Origin: Trueperaceae bacterium
GTDB lineage: Bacteria > Deinococcota > Deinococci > Deinococcales > Trueperaceae
Reading direction: 5' to 3'
Assembly: GCA_034520945.1 (NCBI GenBank)
Contig: JAXHNB010000006.1
Location: 384,001-448,000, forward strand
Length of the DNA: 64,000 bases
Part shown: positions 41,477 to 50,839 of the stretch, in pieces
How positions within the stretch are numbered: the first letter of the stretch is position 1
Layout: each line of letters starts with the position of its first letter
Position numbers and translations under genes: made by a program
The notes under the pieces: model-generated
The model's input: the letters and a program-made list of their open reading frames with translations, nothing else
The model's database searches: none
Told to the model about the DNA's origin: nothing

Positions 41477-41707
41477 GTGGCGGAAGTGGGAATTCGCGAG
41501 GCCAAGACGCACTTGTCGCGTCTATTGCGGCGTGTCGAGGCGGGCGAGGAGATCGCGATTCGACGGGGTAACACCGTCGTGGCCCGTTTGGTGCCCGCCG
41601 TGCCCGCGGGCAAGCGAATCTTGGGGATGGATGCGGGGCGCTACCAGGTTCCCGAGGACTTCGATGCGCCGCTCGACGAGGAGACGCTCGCGAGCTTCGC
41701 ACATTGA
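41477..41707 (+). CDS. Phd/YefM family antitoxin
   Basis: EAKTHLSRLLRRVEAGEEI...PEDFDAPL. Confidence 0.9.
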   Translation: MAEVGIREAKTHLSRLLRRVEAGEEIAIRRGNTVVARLVPAVPAGKRILGMDAGRYQVPEDFDAPLDEETLASFAH

Positions 41708-41950
41708 CGATACGCCTCGACACCCATGTCTGGTTGTGGATGTTCACCACCCCGGAGCGGCTCGGGGGCCTCGCGGTGTGGTGGAAGATGCGTCAGCGAC
41801 GTTGCTGTTTGCGGCCGCATGGTCGTGGGAACTTGCCATCAAGCATTCGATCGGGCACCTGACACTACCCGAACCTCCCGAGCGCCATTTGCCGTCGCGC
41901 ATCCGTTCCTCGCAGGTGACGCCGGTCGGGGTGGACCACGCGCACGCGAG
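41704..41950 (+). pseudogene. VapC PIN toxin, frameshifted and truncated
   Basis: LDTHVWLW in one frame and SWELAIKHSIGHL in another; C-terminus lost. Confidence 0.75.
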
Positions 41951-41999
41951 GAGGCTATTCCTCGACCGCAGTCCCGCCCCCGCGCTATCTTGGCCCCCA

Positions 42000-42752
42000 A
42001 TGGACGCCGCGCTCGTAGGCACCCTGGCCGTCGCGATCCTCCTCATCGCGGCTCTGTACTCCGCCGTCGGGCACGGTGGCGCATCGGGCTACCTGGCGGC
42101 GATGGCGCTGTTCGGCCTGGCCCCGGAGGTGATGAAGCCGACGGCGTTGGCGCTGAACGTGCTGGTGTCCGGCCTGGCGTTGTGGCGTTTCTCCCGGGCG
42201 GAGGGGTTCGCGTGGCGAACGTTCGCGTTGTTCGCAGCGACCTCGGTGCCCATGGCGTTCGTCGGCGGGCGGGTGCTGCCGCCCGAACGGCTGTACCTGG
42301 CGCTAATCAGCGTGGCGCTGATCGTGGCGGCATTGCGGCTCTTGTTGCGTGCGCCGGCGGCGGATGCGCAAGGCGCGGCGCGGCGGGTGCCGGCGGGACC
42401 CGGGCTGGCGTGGGGCGGGGGCATCGGCTTCCTGTCGGGTCTCACGGGCGTCGGGGGCGGGATCTTTCTCCACCCGCTGCTGCAGATTACGGGTTGGGTG
42501 TCGCCGCGCAGGGCGGCGGCGGTGGTGGCGGCCTTCGTGCTGGTGAACTCGCTGGCGGGGCTGGCGGGCTACTGGAGTTCGCTACGCACCATTCCCGTCG
42601 CCATCGCCGTGTGGGCGCCCGCGGCGCTGGCCGGTGGCTTGGTCGGTACGGGGCTCGGCGCGCGCCGTTTCGGGACCGCGGCGCTGCAGCGGACCCTGGC
42701 GGTGGTGCTGCTGTTGGCCGCGACGCGGCTGGGGATTGGCGCGGCGACCTGA
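42000..42752 (+). CDS. Sulfite exporter TauE/SafE family
   Basis: YSAVGHGGASGY and GFLSGLTGVGGGIFL motifs. Confidence 0.88.
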   Translation: MDAALVGTLAVAILLIAALYSAVGHGGASGYLAAMALFGLAPEVMKPTALALNVLVSGLALWRFSRAEGFAWRTFALFAATSVPMAFVGGRVLPPERLYLALISVALIVAALRLLLRAPAADAQGAARRVPAGPGLAWGGGIGFLSGLTGVGGGIFLHPLLQITGWVSPRRAAAVVAAFVLVNSLAGLAGYWSSLRTIPVAIAVWAPAALAGGLVGTGLGARRFGTAALQRTLAVVLLLAATRLGIGAAT

Positions 42753-42855
42753 ACGGCTCACGAGGGGGTGCGCTGCGCGTCTCTCGCTCGCGTCCGGGTG
42801 TCTTCGGCGCGGATGACGGCGGCCGGGCCGCGCGCCCGGACCGCCCGCGCGAGGA

Positions 42856-44535
42856 TCAGTCGATCCGCACGCGCGCCGGATCCACCAGCCACGCCTGCTC
42901 GCGCAACAACGGCGTGAACGCTCGCGCGAGCGTGGTGGGGTCCTGCGTGTTGGGCAGGACCGGGGCCTCCGGCGCCTGGACGTTCCAGGTCGGCGCGTCG
43001 GGGTGCAGCCCCGCGCGTTCCTTGGCGAGGGCGACGGCCGTCGCCACGTCGCCGAGCTCGTCGACGAGGCCTACGTCGAGCGCGTCGCGGCCGGACCAGA
43101 GGCGGCCCCGGCCGATCTCGTTCACGCGCGCGGGCGACAGGCCCCGGCCGTCGGCCACGCGGTTCACGAAACGCTGATAGATCGCGTCGTTGTGCCGGTG
43201 CAGCAGTTCCCGTTCGTCGGGGTCCCAGCCGCGCGCCGAGGTGGTGAGGGTGGCGAAGCGGCCACGCTGCAGCGTCTCGGGGTTGAGGCCGTAGCGGGTG
43301 TTGAACTCCTCGAACACGAACTTGCCCATCACCACCCCGATCGAGCCGGTGATGGTGGTCGGCCCGGCCAGCACGCGGGTGGCGTGTGTGAGAACGTAGT
43401 AGCCGCCGCTCCCCGCCACCGCGCCCATTACCGCCACGACCGGCTTTCGCGCGGCGAGGCGCTGCACCGCGCGCCAGATCAGGTCGCTGGCCAGCGCCGA
43501 CCCGCCGCCGGAGTCCACGTACAGCACCACCGCGGCCGTGGTGGGGTCCCGCTCGGCGGCGCGCAGGGCCCGCACCAGCGTCTCGCTGCCGGCCAGCGCC
43601 CGGCCGAGCAGCGGGACCGGCACGGGCAGCCGCCGAGAGGTGCCCGGCACGATGGTGCCCTCCAGCGACACCACCGCGACCCGCTCCGGGGCGCGCGGAG
43701 GAACGCGCGCCGGCAGGAAGCGTGCCGCGCCGGCGTACTTCGCGTGGCGCTCGCCGATGGCCTCGTCCTCGTAGGCGACGCGGTCGATCATGCCGAGGTC
43801 GCGGGCCTCCTCTGCCGAGGGGACGCCGCGATCGATCCAGTCGCGCACCGCCGCCGGCGTGTGGCCTCGGGCCGCGCCGACCGTCTCGAGGTAGCTTTGC
43901 TCGATGCTGTCGAGGAGCGCGTCGGTCTGCGCGCGTTGCGCCTCGCTCATGGCGGGCAGGGCGAAGGTGTCGCCGGCGTTCTTGAACTCCTCGATCGCGA
44001 GCTTCTCGAAACGCACCCCGAAGCGGTTCAGGCCCTCCGCCATGAACGTGTTGGTGACGGCCATACCGGTCACCTGCATGGTGGCGCCCTCCGGCGCGAT
44101 GATTTCGTCCGCGGCGGTGGCGAGGAGGTAGCTCGCGTGGTTCAGCTCGGCGGCATGAACGATCAGCCGCTTGCCGCCGGTGCGCAGGCGCTCGAGTTGG
44201 GTCCGCAGCGCCAGGGCCGTGGCCAGGCCGACGGAGAGGTCGCCGAGGCGCACCACCACGCCCTCCACCCACGGGGCGTCCAGCAGGGCGGTGACCTGCG
44301 CCTCGAAGGCCTCTTGCGAGACCTCCTGCGCGGATCCCAGGAACCGGTCGGGGGAGAGGAGCCGGCGCGTGCGCCGCCGGGCGGGGAAGGCGCCGTGCAA
44401 CTCGAGCACCACCCATGCCGGGCGGTCGCCGGGCAGGAAACGCACGACGGCGTTCTGCAGGCGCGCTGCGGCGTTGCGAAGGCGGGCGGCGCCCGTGGGG
44501 ACGGCGCGCTTCCATGCGTTCGGGGGTCGTGCCAT
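42856..44535 (-). CDS. sppA: Signal peptide peptidase SppA (S49)
   Basis: Tandem S49 domains; VDSGGGSALASD, AGSGGYY and TITGSIGV motifs. Confidence 0.9.
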   Translation of the reverse strand: MARPPNAWKRAVPTGAARLRNAAARLQNAVVRFLPGDRPAWVVLELHGAFPARRRTRRLLSPDRFLGSAQEVSQEAFEAQVTALLDAPWVEGVVVRLGDLSVGLATALALRTQLERLRTGGKRLIVHAAELNHASYLLATAADEIIAPEGATMQVTGMAVTNTFMAEGLNRFGVRFEKLAIEEFKNAGDTFALPAMSEAQRAQTDALLDSIEQSYLETVGAARGHTPAAVRDWIDRGVPSAEEARDLGMIDRVAYEDEAIGERHAKYAGAARFLPARVPPRAPERVAVVSLEGTIVPGTSRRLPVPVPLLGRALAGSETLVRALRAAERDPTTAAVVLYVDSGGGSALASDLIWRAVQRLAARKPVVAVMGAVAGSGGYYVLTHATRVLAGPTTITGSIGVVMGKFVFEEFNTRYGLNPETLQRGRFATLTTSARGWDPDERELLHRHNDAIYQRFVNRVADGRGLSPARVNEIGRGRLWSGRDALDVGLVDELGDVATAVALAKERAGLHPDAPTWNVQAPEAPVLPNTQDPTTLARAFTPLLREQAWLVDPARVRID

Positions 44536-44584
44536 GGGTCAATCTACCGGAGCAGGCGCACCCTGGCACGCAGTCGCGGGCGAT

Positions 44585-45262
44585 TCAGAACTGAATGGTT
44601 CTGCCCGGCAGCACGCCCACGCGCTCGATCACGAAGGTCTGCTGATCGAAGTCGAAGTGGGCGATCAGGTGCAGCACGGCCGAGCCGGTGGCGTTCGCGA
44701 ACCGGCCGGCACCACCATCGAAGGCGATCTCGGCGAACACCTCGATGCCGTCGCCCTCCTGCTGCACGTCCAGGCGGTGGGTCTCGCCCCCGGTGAAATG
44801 GCCGACGAGCCGGTCGCCGTTGGTGCCGGTGAGCAATGCCTCGCCCGTGGCGCGCACGGTGGGTTGGCAGGCGTCCGCCAACGAGGAGGCGAACGGGTTC
44901 GCCTCGAACGCGTAGGGGTACGCATCCTGCCCCAGCACGGGGGCGAACGGCCCGGCGGCGTGGGGCGACCTGGGCGTGTACGTGGCCCGACCCGCATCGG
45001 GCTCGGTCGCGCCGACGTCCCAGGCGGCGGAGAGGGTGACGTCGAACGTGCCGAGGTCGACGAGCGAGGCCTCGCCGCCGATCTCGCCGCCCTCCATTTC
45101 GGCACCCCCGCAGAGGCGCTCGTGATCATGGGGGACCGCCCACGCCATGGCGAGGTCGTGATGATCGAGGGTGAAGCCTCGTGCGGTGGGGTCTTGGCTC
45201 TGGCATCCGGCCGCGATCAGCACGAGCGCCGCGAGCATGACCAGAATCTGAAACCTGTTCAA
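44585..45262 (-). CDS. Putative lipoprotein, hypothetical
   Basis: IAAGC lipobox; GGAGRFANATGS motif; start (TTG) uncertain. Confidence 0.7.
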   Translation of the reverse strand: MNRFQILVMLAALVLIAAGCQSQDPTARGFTLDHHDLAMAWAVPHDHERLCGGAEMEGGEIGGEASLVDLGTFDVTLSAAWDVGATEPDAGRATYTPRSPHAAGPFAPVLGQDAYPYAFEANPFASSLADACQPTVRATGEALLTGTNGDRLVGHFTGGETHRLDVQQEGDGIEVFAEIAFDGGAGRFANATGSAVLHLIAHFDFDQQTFVIERVGVLPGRTIQF

Positions 45263-45460
45263 GGGTCGTCCTTTCTTGGGGCGCCATGGTGCGTCGCATG
45301 GGCGCCCATGCTCATATGCACGAGTCGAAGTGCGTACCTCCATCATGGGCGTTTCCCAGCGCCGCGTCAATGCCGCGTGTCGGTCCTGGGGTTGCATGTC
45401 CCGGCCGGCCGCGGGTATGGTTCAACGGTGGTTGAGTCAACGGACGTTGAAACGACGGAT

Positions 45461-45769
45461 ATGAGGGCCCAGCGCTTCAAGGCGCTGGGCGATCCCACTC
45501 GGCTTCGCATCCTGTCGTCGTTGCAGGACTGCGAGCACTGCGCCTGCGAGCTGCAGGTGGCGGTCGACGTGCCCGGGAACTTGCTCTCGCACCACCTCAA
45601 GGTGTTGCGGGAAGCGGGTTTGGTGACGGCGACACGGCGCGGCCGCTGGGTCGACTACCGCATCGAGCGTGGCGTACTGGCCGGGCTCGCCGCCGATCTC
45701 GCGGAGGTGGCGGACGGGCCGGCGTCGTGCCGGATGGACGACACGCGCGAAGGGGCGTGTGGCGGATGA
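45461..45769 (+). CDS. arsR: ArsR/SmtB transcriptional regulator
   Basis: FKALGDPTRLRIL, CACEL and LSHHLKVLREAGLV motifs. Confidence 0.88.
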   Translation: MRAQRFKALGDPTRLRILSSLQDCEHCACELQVAVDVPGNLLSHHLKVLREAGLVTATRRGRWVDYRIERGVLAGLAADLAEVADGPASCRMDDTREGACGG

Positions 45770-46830
45770 GGGCGCACGCACCCGCTCGGTGGCGGTTCCT
45801 GGGCCTCGCACCCGAGTGGGTCGCGGTGATCGCGGCCGGCGTCACCTGGGTGGCCCTCTACCTCACCATCCTGCCGTTCTGGAACTGGGTCGTGTACGAC
45901 CTCCTGACGCTCGACCCGAGCGGCCACTGGGGACAGGCCGCCCACTTCTTCCTCTACGACACGACCAAGATCCTGTTGCTGTTGGGCGGCATCATCTTCG
46001 TCGTGGCGGTGCTGCGCAGCTTCATGAGCGTGGAGCGCACCCGGGCGGTGCTCGGCGGGAAGCGACAGGGCGTCGGCAACGTCCTGGCCTCGGTGCTCGG
46101 CGTGATCACACCGTTCTGCTCGTGCAGCGCGGTGCCCGCCTTCATCGGGTTCGTCTCCGCGGGGGTGCCTCTGGGCGTGACTCTGTCGTTCCTCATCGCA
46201 AGCCCGATGGTCGACGCCGTCGCGGTGACGCTGCTCTACGGCCTGTTCGGATGGCAGATCGCCGTGCTCTACGTCGCGTCGGGACTGATTCTCGCCACCC
46301 TGGCGGGGTTCGTGCTGGGCAAGATGAACCTCGAGCGCCATGTCGAGGCGTTCGTATACGAGACACGGGTCGGGACCCGCGGGAACGCCGGCGATCCGGC
46401 CGACGGCCTGTCGTGGCGCGAGCGGTTCGAACTCGGGCTCGACGAGGTCAAGACGGTCGTCGGCAAGATCTGGCCGTACCTGCTGGTCGGCATCGGTTTG
46501 GGGGCCGCCATCCACGGCTGGGTTCCCGAGTCGTTCTTCGCCGCGGTCGCCTCGCCCGGCAACGTCTTCGCCGTCCCGTTCGCGGTGCTGTTGGGCGTGC
46601 CGCTCTACAGCAACGTCGCGGGCATCCTGCCGCTCGTCGGCGCACTGCAGGCGAAAGGCCTGGCGATGGGCACGCTGCTCGCGTTCATGATGGCCGTGGT
46701 GGCGCTGTCGCTTCCGGAGATGATCCTGTTGCGGCGAGTCCTGAAGTGGCGCCTCATCGGCGTCTTCGTCGCCGTCGTCGCGGCCGGCATTCTGTTCACC
46801 GGCTACCTGTTCAACGCCATCTTGGGCTGA
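45766..46830 (+). CDS. ArsP-like (DUF318) permease
   Basis: TPFCSCS, SFLIASPM, GVPLY and LSLPEMI motifs. Confidence 0.88.
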   Translation: MRAHAPARWRFLGLAPEWVAVIAAGVTWVALYLTILPFWNWVVYDLLTLDPSGHWGQAAHFFLYDTTKILLLLGGIIFVVAVLRSFMSVERTRAVLGGKRQGVGNVLASVLGVITPFCSCSAVPAFIGFVSAGVPLGVTLSFLIASPMVDAVAVTLLYGLFGWQIAVLYVASGLILATLAGFVLGKMNLERHVEAFVYETRVGTRGNAGDPADGLSWRERFELGLDEVKTVVGKIWPYLLVGIGLGAAIHGWVPESFFAAVASPGNVFAVPFAVLLGVPLYSNVAGILPLVGALQAKGLAMGTLLAFMMAVVALSLPEMILLRRVLKWRLIGVFVAVVAAGILFTGYLFNAILG

Positions 46831-46849
46831 GGCCCGAAGGGAGATTCGC

Positions 46850-47083
46850 ATGACCATTCGAGTACTGGGACCCGGCTGCGCCAACTGCAAGGCCACCGTG
46901 ACGCTGATCGAAGACGTCGCCCGGAGCATGGGCGTGGACGTGAGCGTCGAAAAGGTCGAGGACATGCGCGAGATCATGAGCTACGGCGTGATGTCCACGC
47001 CCGGCGTCGTCGTCGACGACACGGTCGTGCACGCCGGCGGCCGGCCGAGCCGCGACAAGGTCGCGACCTGGCTCGGCGCCTGA
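46850..47083 (+). CDS. Small thioredoxin-like redox-active disulfide protein
   Basis: VLGPGCANC and YGVMSTPG motifs. Confidence 0.9.
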   Translation: MTIRVLGPGCANCKATVTLIEDVARSMGVDVSVEKVEDMREIMSYGVMSTPGVVVDDTVVHAGGRPSRDKVATWLGA

Positions 47084-47099
47084 AGGGGAGGGAACGACC

Positions 47100-47633
47100 A
47101 TGGACTTCACGAACCCGTCCAACGACCGCACCGACGCCCGGCGCGAGGCTCTTCCCGAAGCCTCTCAGATCGGTCCGACCACGGCCCTGCGCAGAATTCG
47201 GGACGAGGGGGCACTCCTCGTCGACGTGCGTGAACACGCCGAGGTCGACAGGCTCGCCTTCGACGTCCCCGGCGCGGTGACCGTCCCGATGAGCGAGTTC
47301 GAGCGGCGCTACGCCGAGCTCCCGCGCGACCGCGAGCTGGTTCTCGCCTGCGCGGTCGGGCAGCGTAGCCTCAAGGCGACCTACTACCTGATGTTCCAGG
47401 GGTACGGTCGCGTCGCCAACCTCTCCGGCGGAATGGCCGAATGGAGCCGCAATGGCTTCCCCGCGATCGGGGAGGCCGGAGCTGCCGTCGCGGCCGAGGC
47501 CGGAGGCTGCTGCTCGCCCGCGGCCGTGTCGAACGTGACCTTCGAGGCCGACGGCTGCGGCGCCCCTGCGGAGGCGGCCCCTGAAAGCTCGGCATGCTTC
47601 GGGCCGAGCGCCGGCTCTTCGTCGTGCTGCTGA
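47100..47633 (+). CDS. Rhodanese-like protein with a Cys-rich tail
   Basis: VDVRE, CAVGQRS and NLSGGM..W motifs; tail GGCC..C..C..SCC. Confidence 0.85.
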   Translation: MDFTNPSNDRTDARREALPEASQIGPTTALRRIRDEGALLVDVREHAEVDRLAFDVPGAVTVPMSEFERRYAELPRDRELVLACAVGQRSLKATYYLMFQGYGRVANLSGGMAEWSRNGFPAIGEAGAAVAAEAGGCCSPAAVSNVTFEADGCGAPAEAAPESSACFGPSAGSSSCC

Positions 47634-47691
47634 GCGCTCGCCGTCCAGGTGGCGAGGACGGTGCGCCTCGCCGCCGAACTGGGGCTGGCCG

Positions 47692-48117
47692 ATGAGCGAC
47701 GACGCCTCCGGGAAGATGACCTTCGACGTGACCGCGCGGCGCGTCGACGCGCACGGCAGCCGCGCGGCTTGCAAGGACGCCGCGATCACGCTCGACACCG
47801 ACCTGGACGGCCGCCGCGACGCGTTCAATCCGGCCGAGTTGTTGCTGGCCTCGCTGGCGGCCTGCATCCTGAAGGGGATCGAGCGGGTCGTGCCGATCCT
47901 CGAGTTCGACGTCCGTGGGGTCGAGGTCGGCGTCCACGGCATTCGTCAGGACGTGCCGCCGCGGATGGAATCGATCCGCTACGAAATCGTCGTCGACAGC
48001 GACGAGGACGACGACCGCCTCGAGCTCCTCCACCGCAACGTTCGGAAGTACGGCACGGTGTTCAACACCGTGACGCCGGGAACGGACCTGTCCGGGAACC
48101 TGCGTCGGAAGGGCTGA
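47692..48117 (+). CDS. OsmC-like protein
   Basis: FNPAELLLASLAAC motif. Confidence 0.85.
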   Translation: MSDDASGKMTFDVTARRVDAHGSRAACKDAAITLDTDLDGRRDAFNPAELLLASLAACILKGIERVVPILEFDVRGVEVGVHGIRQDVPPRMESIRYEIVVDSDEDDDRLELLHRNVRKYGTVFNTVTPGTDLSGNLRRKG

Positions 48118-48394
48118 CGCCCGGGACGGCAAACACGGCCGCATCTCGCATGACCCTGCGGATGGCGTGGTGCGTAAGGCGCTGGCCAGACGCTTCCTGC
48201 ATCACGCCGACCGGCGTCTCCGCGCGCGGTATACACGCGGCCGCCCCGTCCCTGGTAGGGCCGTGGAAGCGTGCGTCGTCGCATCATGTGTCCTACGCTG
48301 TGGTCCCGGCGCGCGACGCCGGGCCGGCGTGGGAGGAGCGCATGATCATGAACCGTCTCGGATTCGATCGTTGCCCAGCGGGGAGGTCCCGTCC

Positions 48395-49213
48395 ATGAAC
48401 GGCCGCCCGACGCTGATGGCGGTATTGGCCCACCCCGACGACGAGTCGTTGGGCACCGGCGGGGTGCTGGCGAAGTACGCCGCCGAGGGCGCGGAGGTGC
48501 ACCTGGTCACCGCCACGCTCGGCCAGCGCGGCTGGAAGGGGGCCAAGGAGGCTTACCCTGGTCCTGACGCGCTCGGCGAACTGCGCGAAGACGAGCTGCG
48601 GGCCGCCTGCGCGGCGCTTGGCGTCCACGAGTTGACGCTGCTGCGCTACATGGACGGCGCGCTGGACCAGGTGGAGCCGGCAGACGCGCAGCGGCGCATC
48701 GCAGGCGCGATCCGAAGCGCACGTCCCGACGTGGTGATCACCTTCGGTCCCGACGGCGTGTACGGCCACCCCGACCACATCGCGGTGTCGCAGTTCACGA
48801 CGGCCGCCTGTCTGGAGGCCGCCAGCGAGGCGGGCGCCGAGGGAACGCCGGCGCATCGCGCCGCCAAGGCGTACTACCTAGCCCCGCCCGAGGACGAGTT
48901 GGCCAGCTACCAGGCGGCGTTCGGCGACCTGAAGAAGCGGGTCGGCAATGTGGAGCGGCGTTTTCCCGGCTGGAAAGACTGGGCGATCACCACGCGCGTG
49001 GACACCTCCGCGTACGTGTCCAAGGTGTGGGACGCGATCCGTTGCCACCGTTCGCAGTTGCGGGACTTCGAGAAGCTGATGAACCTGCCCGACGAACAGC
49101 GGCAGCGCATTTTCGGGCAGCAGACCTACTACCGGGCGTTCAGCCTCGTGAACGGCGGCAGCGCACGCGAAACCGACCTGTTCGCGGGCATCGCCGAAGC
49201 GACGGAGGCTTGA
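48395..49213 (+). CDS. PIG-L family deacetylase (BshB/Mca-like)
   Basis: AHPDDES, YGHPDH and HRSQ motifs. Confidence 0.9.
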   Translation: MNGRPTLMAVLAHPDDESLGTGGVLAKYAAEGAEVHLVTATLGQRGWKGAKEAYPGPDALGELREDELRAACAALGVHELTLLRYMDGALDQVEPADAQRRIAGAIRSARPDVVITFGPDGVYGHPDHIAVSQFTTAACLEAASEAGAEGTPAHRAAKAYYLAPPEDELASYQAAFGDLKKRVGNVERRFPGWKDWAITTRVDTSAYVSKVWDAIRCHRSQLRDFEKLMNLPDEQRQRIFGQQTYYRAFSLVNGGSARETDLFAGIAEATEA

Positions 49214-49217
49214 CGCC

Positions 49218-50741
49218 ATGGACGGACACGAACCCACCCTCGCCCGCCGCAGGACCGCCCCGATCGAGATGGACCCCGACGCGTTCCGCGCGGCCGGCCA
49301 CCAGTTGGTGGACCGACTGGCGGACTTCCTGGCCACGCTGCCGGAGCAGCCGGTCTCACCCGGCGCCGCCCCGGCCGAAGTGCGTGCCTTGCTTTCGCCA
49401 CGGCCGTTGCCGGCGGAGGGCGAAGACCCGGCTCGGCTGGTGGAGGAGAGCGCCGAGCTGTTGTTACGACACTCGTTGTTCAACGGGCACCCGCGCTTCT
49501 TCGGCTACATCACCTCCTCCGCCGCGCCGATCGGGGCGTTGGGCGACATGCTGGCGGCGGCGGTGAACCCCAATGTCGGGGGTTGGCCGCTGTCGCCGAT
49601 GGCCAGCGAGATCGAGGCGCAGACGGTGCGGTGGATCGCGGAACTGATCGGCTACCCGGTCGAGGCGGGCGGCCTGCTGGTCAGCGGCGGCAACGCCGCC
49701 AACCTGGTGGGGTTCTGGACCGGGCGCCACGCCATGCTAGGGCGGGTCCGCACGGGCGACGCCGCGGCCGATGCGGCGCTGCCGTCCAAGCTCCGCGCGT
49801 ACGTCTCGGCCGAGACGCACACCTGGATCGACAAGGCGGCCGACCTGTCCGGCCTGGGGCGCGACGCCGTCCGCTGGGTGCCCACCGACGCCGAGCTCCG
49901 CATGGACCTGGACGCCTTGCGCGAGATGATGCGCCAGGACGAGTCGGACGGCCTGCGACCGTTCCTGGTGGTCGGCACGGCCGGCACCGTCAGCACCGGC
50001 GCGGTGGATCCCCTCCGCGCGTTGGCCACGCTCTGCCGCGAGAAGGGCCTGTGGTTCCACGTGGACGGGGCCTACGGCGCGCCGGCGGCGGTGCTTCCGG
50101 GCGGGCCCGAAGACCTGGCGGCACTGGCGCTGGCGGACTCGCTGGCGGTGGATCCGCACAAGTGGCTGTACGCCCCGCTGGAGGCGGGCTGCGCCTTCGT
50201 GCGCGATCCGGGCGCGCTGCGAGACACCTTCACGTACCACCCGCCGTACTACCCCGACGAGTGGACGCGCGAGGACGCGCCGATCACGTACAGCGCGTAC
50301 GGTCCGCAGAACTCACGCGGCTTCCGCGCCCTGAAGGTGTGGCTGGCGCTGCGACAGGTCGGCCGCGAGGGGTACGTGCGGATGATCGGCGACGACGTGG
50401 CACTGGCCGGCGCGTTGCGCCAGCGGGTCGAGGAGACGCCCGCGTTGGAGGCGGGGCCGGGGGACCTCAGCATCTGCACCTTTCGGTACGTGCCAGGCGA
50501 TCTACGAGGCGACACGGCCGCACACGCGGTGTACCTCGACGACCTCAACCGGACGGTGCTGCAGCGCATGCAGGACGGCGGCCAAGCGTACCCGTCGCAC
50601 GCCGTGGTGGACGGCCGCTTCCTGCTGCGGGCCTGCATCGTCAATTTCCGCACGGACACGCCCGACGTAGAGGCGCTGGCCGAACTGACGGTGCGGCTGG
50701 GGCGCGAGGTGGACGCGGAGATGCGCGGCGCGGGCGTGTGA
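49218..50741 (+). CDS. Group II PLP-dependent decarboxylase
   Basis: HPRFFGY, AGTVSTGAVD, HVDGAYG and DPHKW motifs. Confidence 0.92.
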   Translation: MDGHEPTLARRRTAPIEMDPDAFRAAGHQLVDRLADFLATLPEQPVSPGAAPAEVRALLSPRPLPAEGEDPARLVEESAELLLRHSLFNGHPRFFGYITSSAAPIGALGDMLAAAVNPNVGGWPLSPMASEIEAQTVRWIAELIGYPVEAGGLLVSGGNAANLVGFWTGRHAMLGRVRTGDAAADAALPSKLRAYVSAETHTWIDKAADLSGLGRDAVRWVPTDAELRMDLDALREMMRQDESDGLRPFLVVGTAGTVSTGAVDPLRALATLCREKGLWFHVDGAYGAPAAVLPGGPEDLAALALADSLAVDPHKWLYAPLEAGCAFVRDPGALRDTFTYHPPYYPDEWTREDAPITYSAYGPQNSRGFRALKVWLALRQVGREGYVRMIGDDVALAGALRQRVEETPALEAGPGDLSICTFRYVPGDLRGDTAAHAVYLDDLNRTVLQRMQDGGQAYPSHAVVDGRFLLRACIVNFRTDTPDVEALAELTVRLGREVDAEMRGAGV

Positions 50742-50814
50742 GGCGCGCGGCGCCCGTCGGTATCGCGCGCTTCCATGCGTTCGGAGGTCGTGCCATGCGT
50801 GAATCTACCGGAGC
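50741..50814 (-). repeat. Diverged duplicate of the sppA 5' end (partner 44480-44553)
   Basis: 74 bp with 8 mismatches by manual alignment; MARPPNAWKRAIPTGAARL. Confidence 0.92.
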
Positions 50815-50839
50815 GGGCCTGCACCGACTGGGTGGTGCT

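Noticed and set aside
41532..42752. 406-aa VapC-TauE fusion
   Set aside because: Read-through from the decayed vapC frame; TauE most likely starts at ATG 42000.
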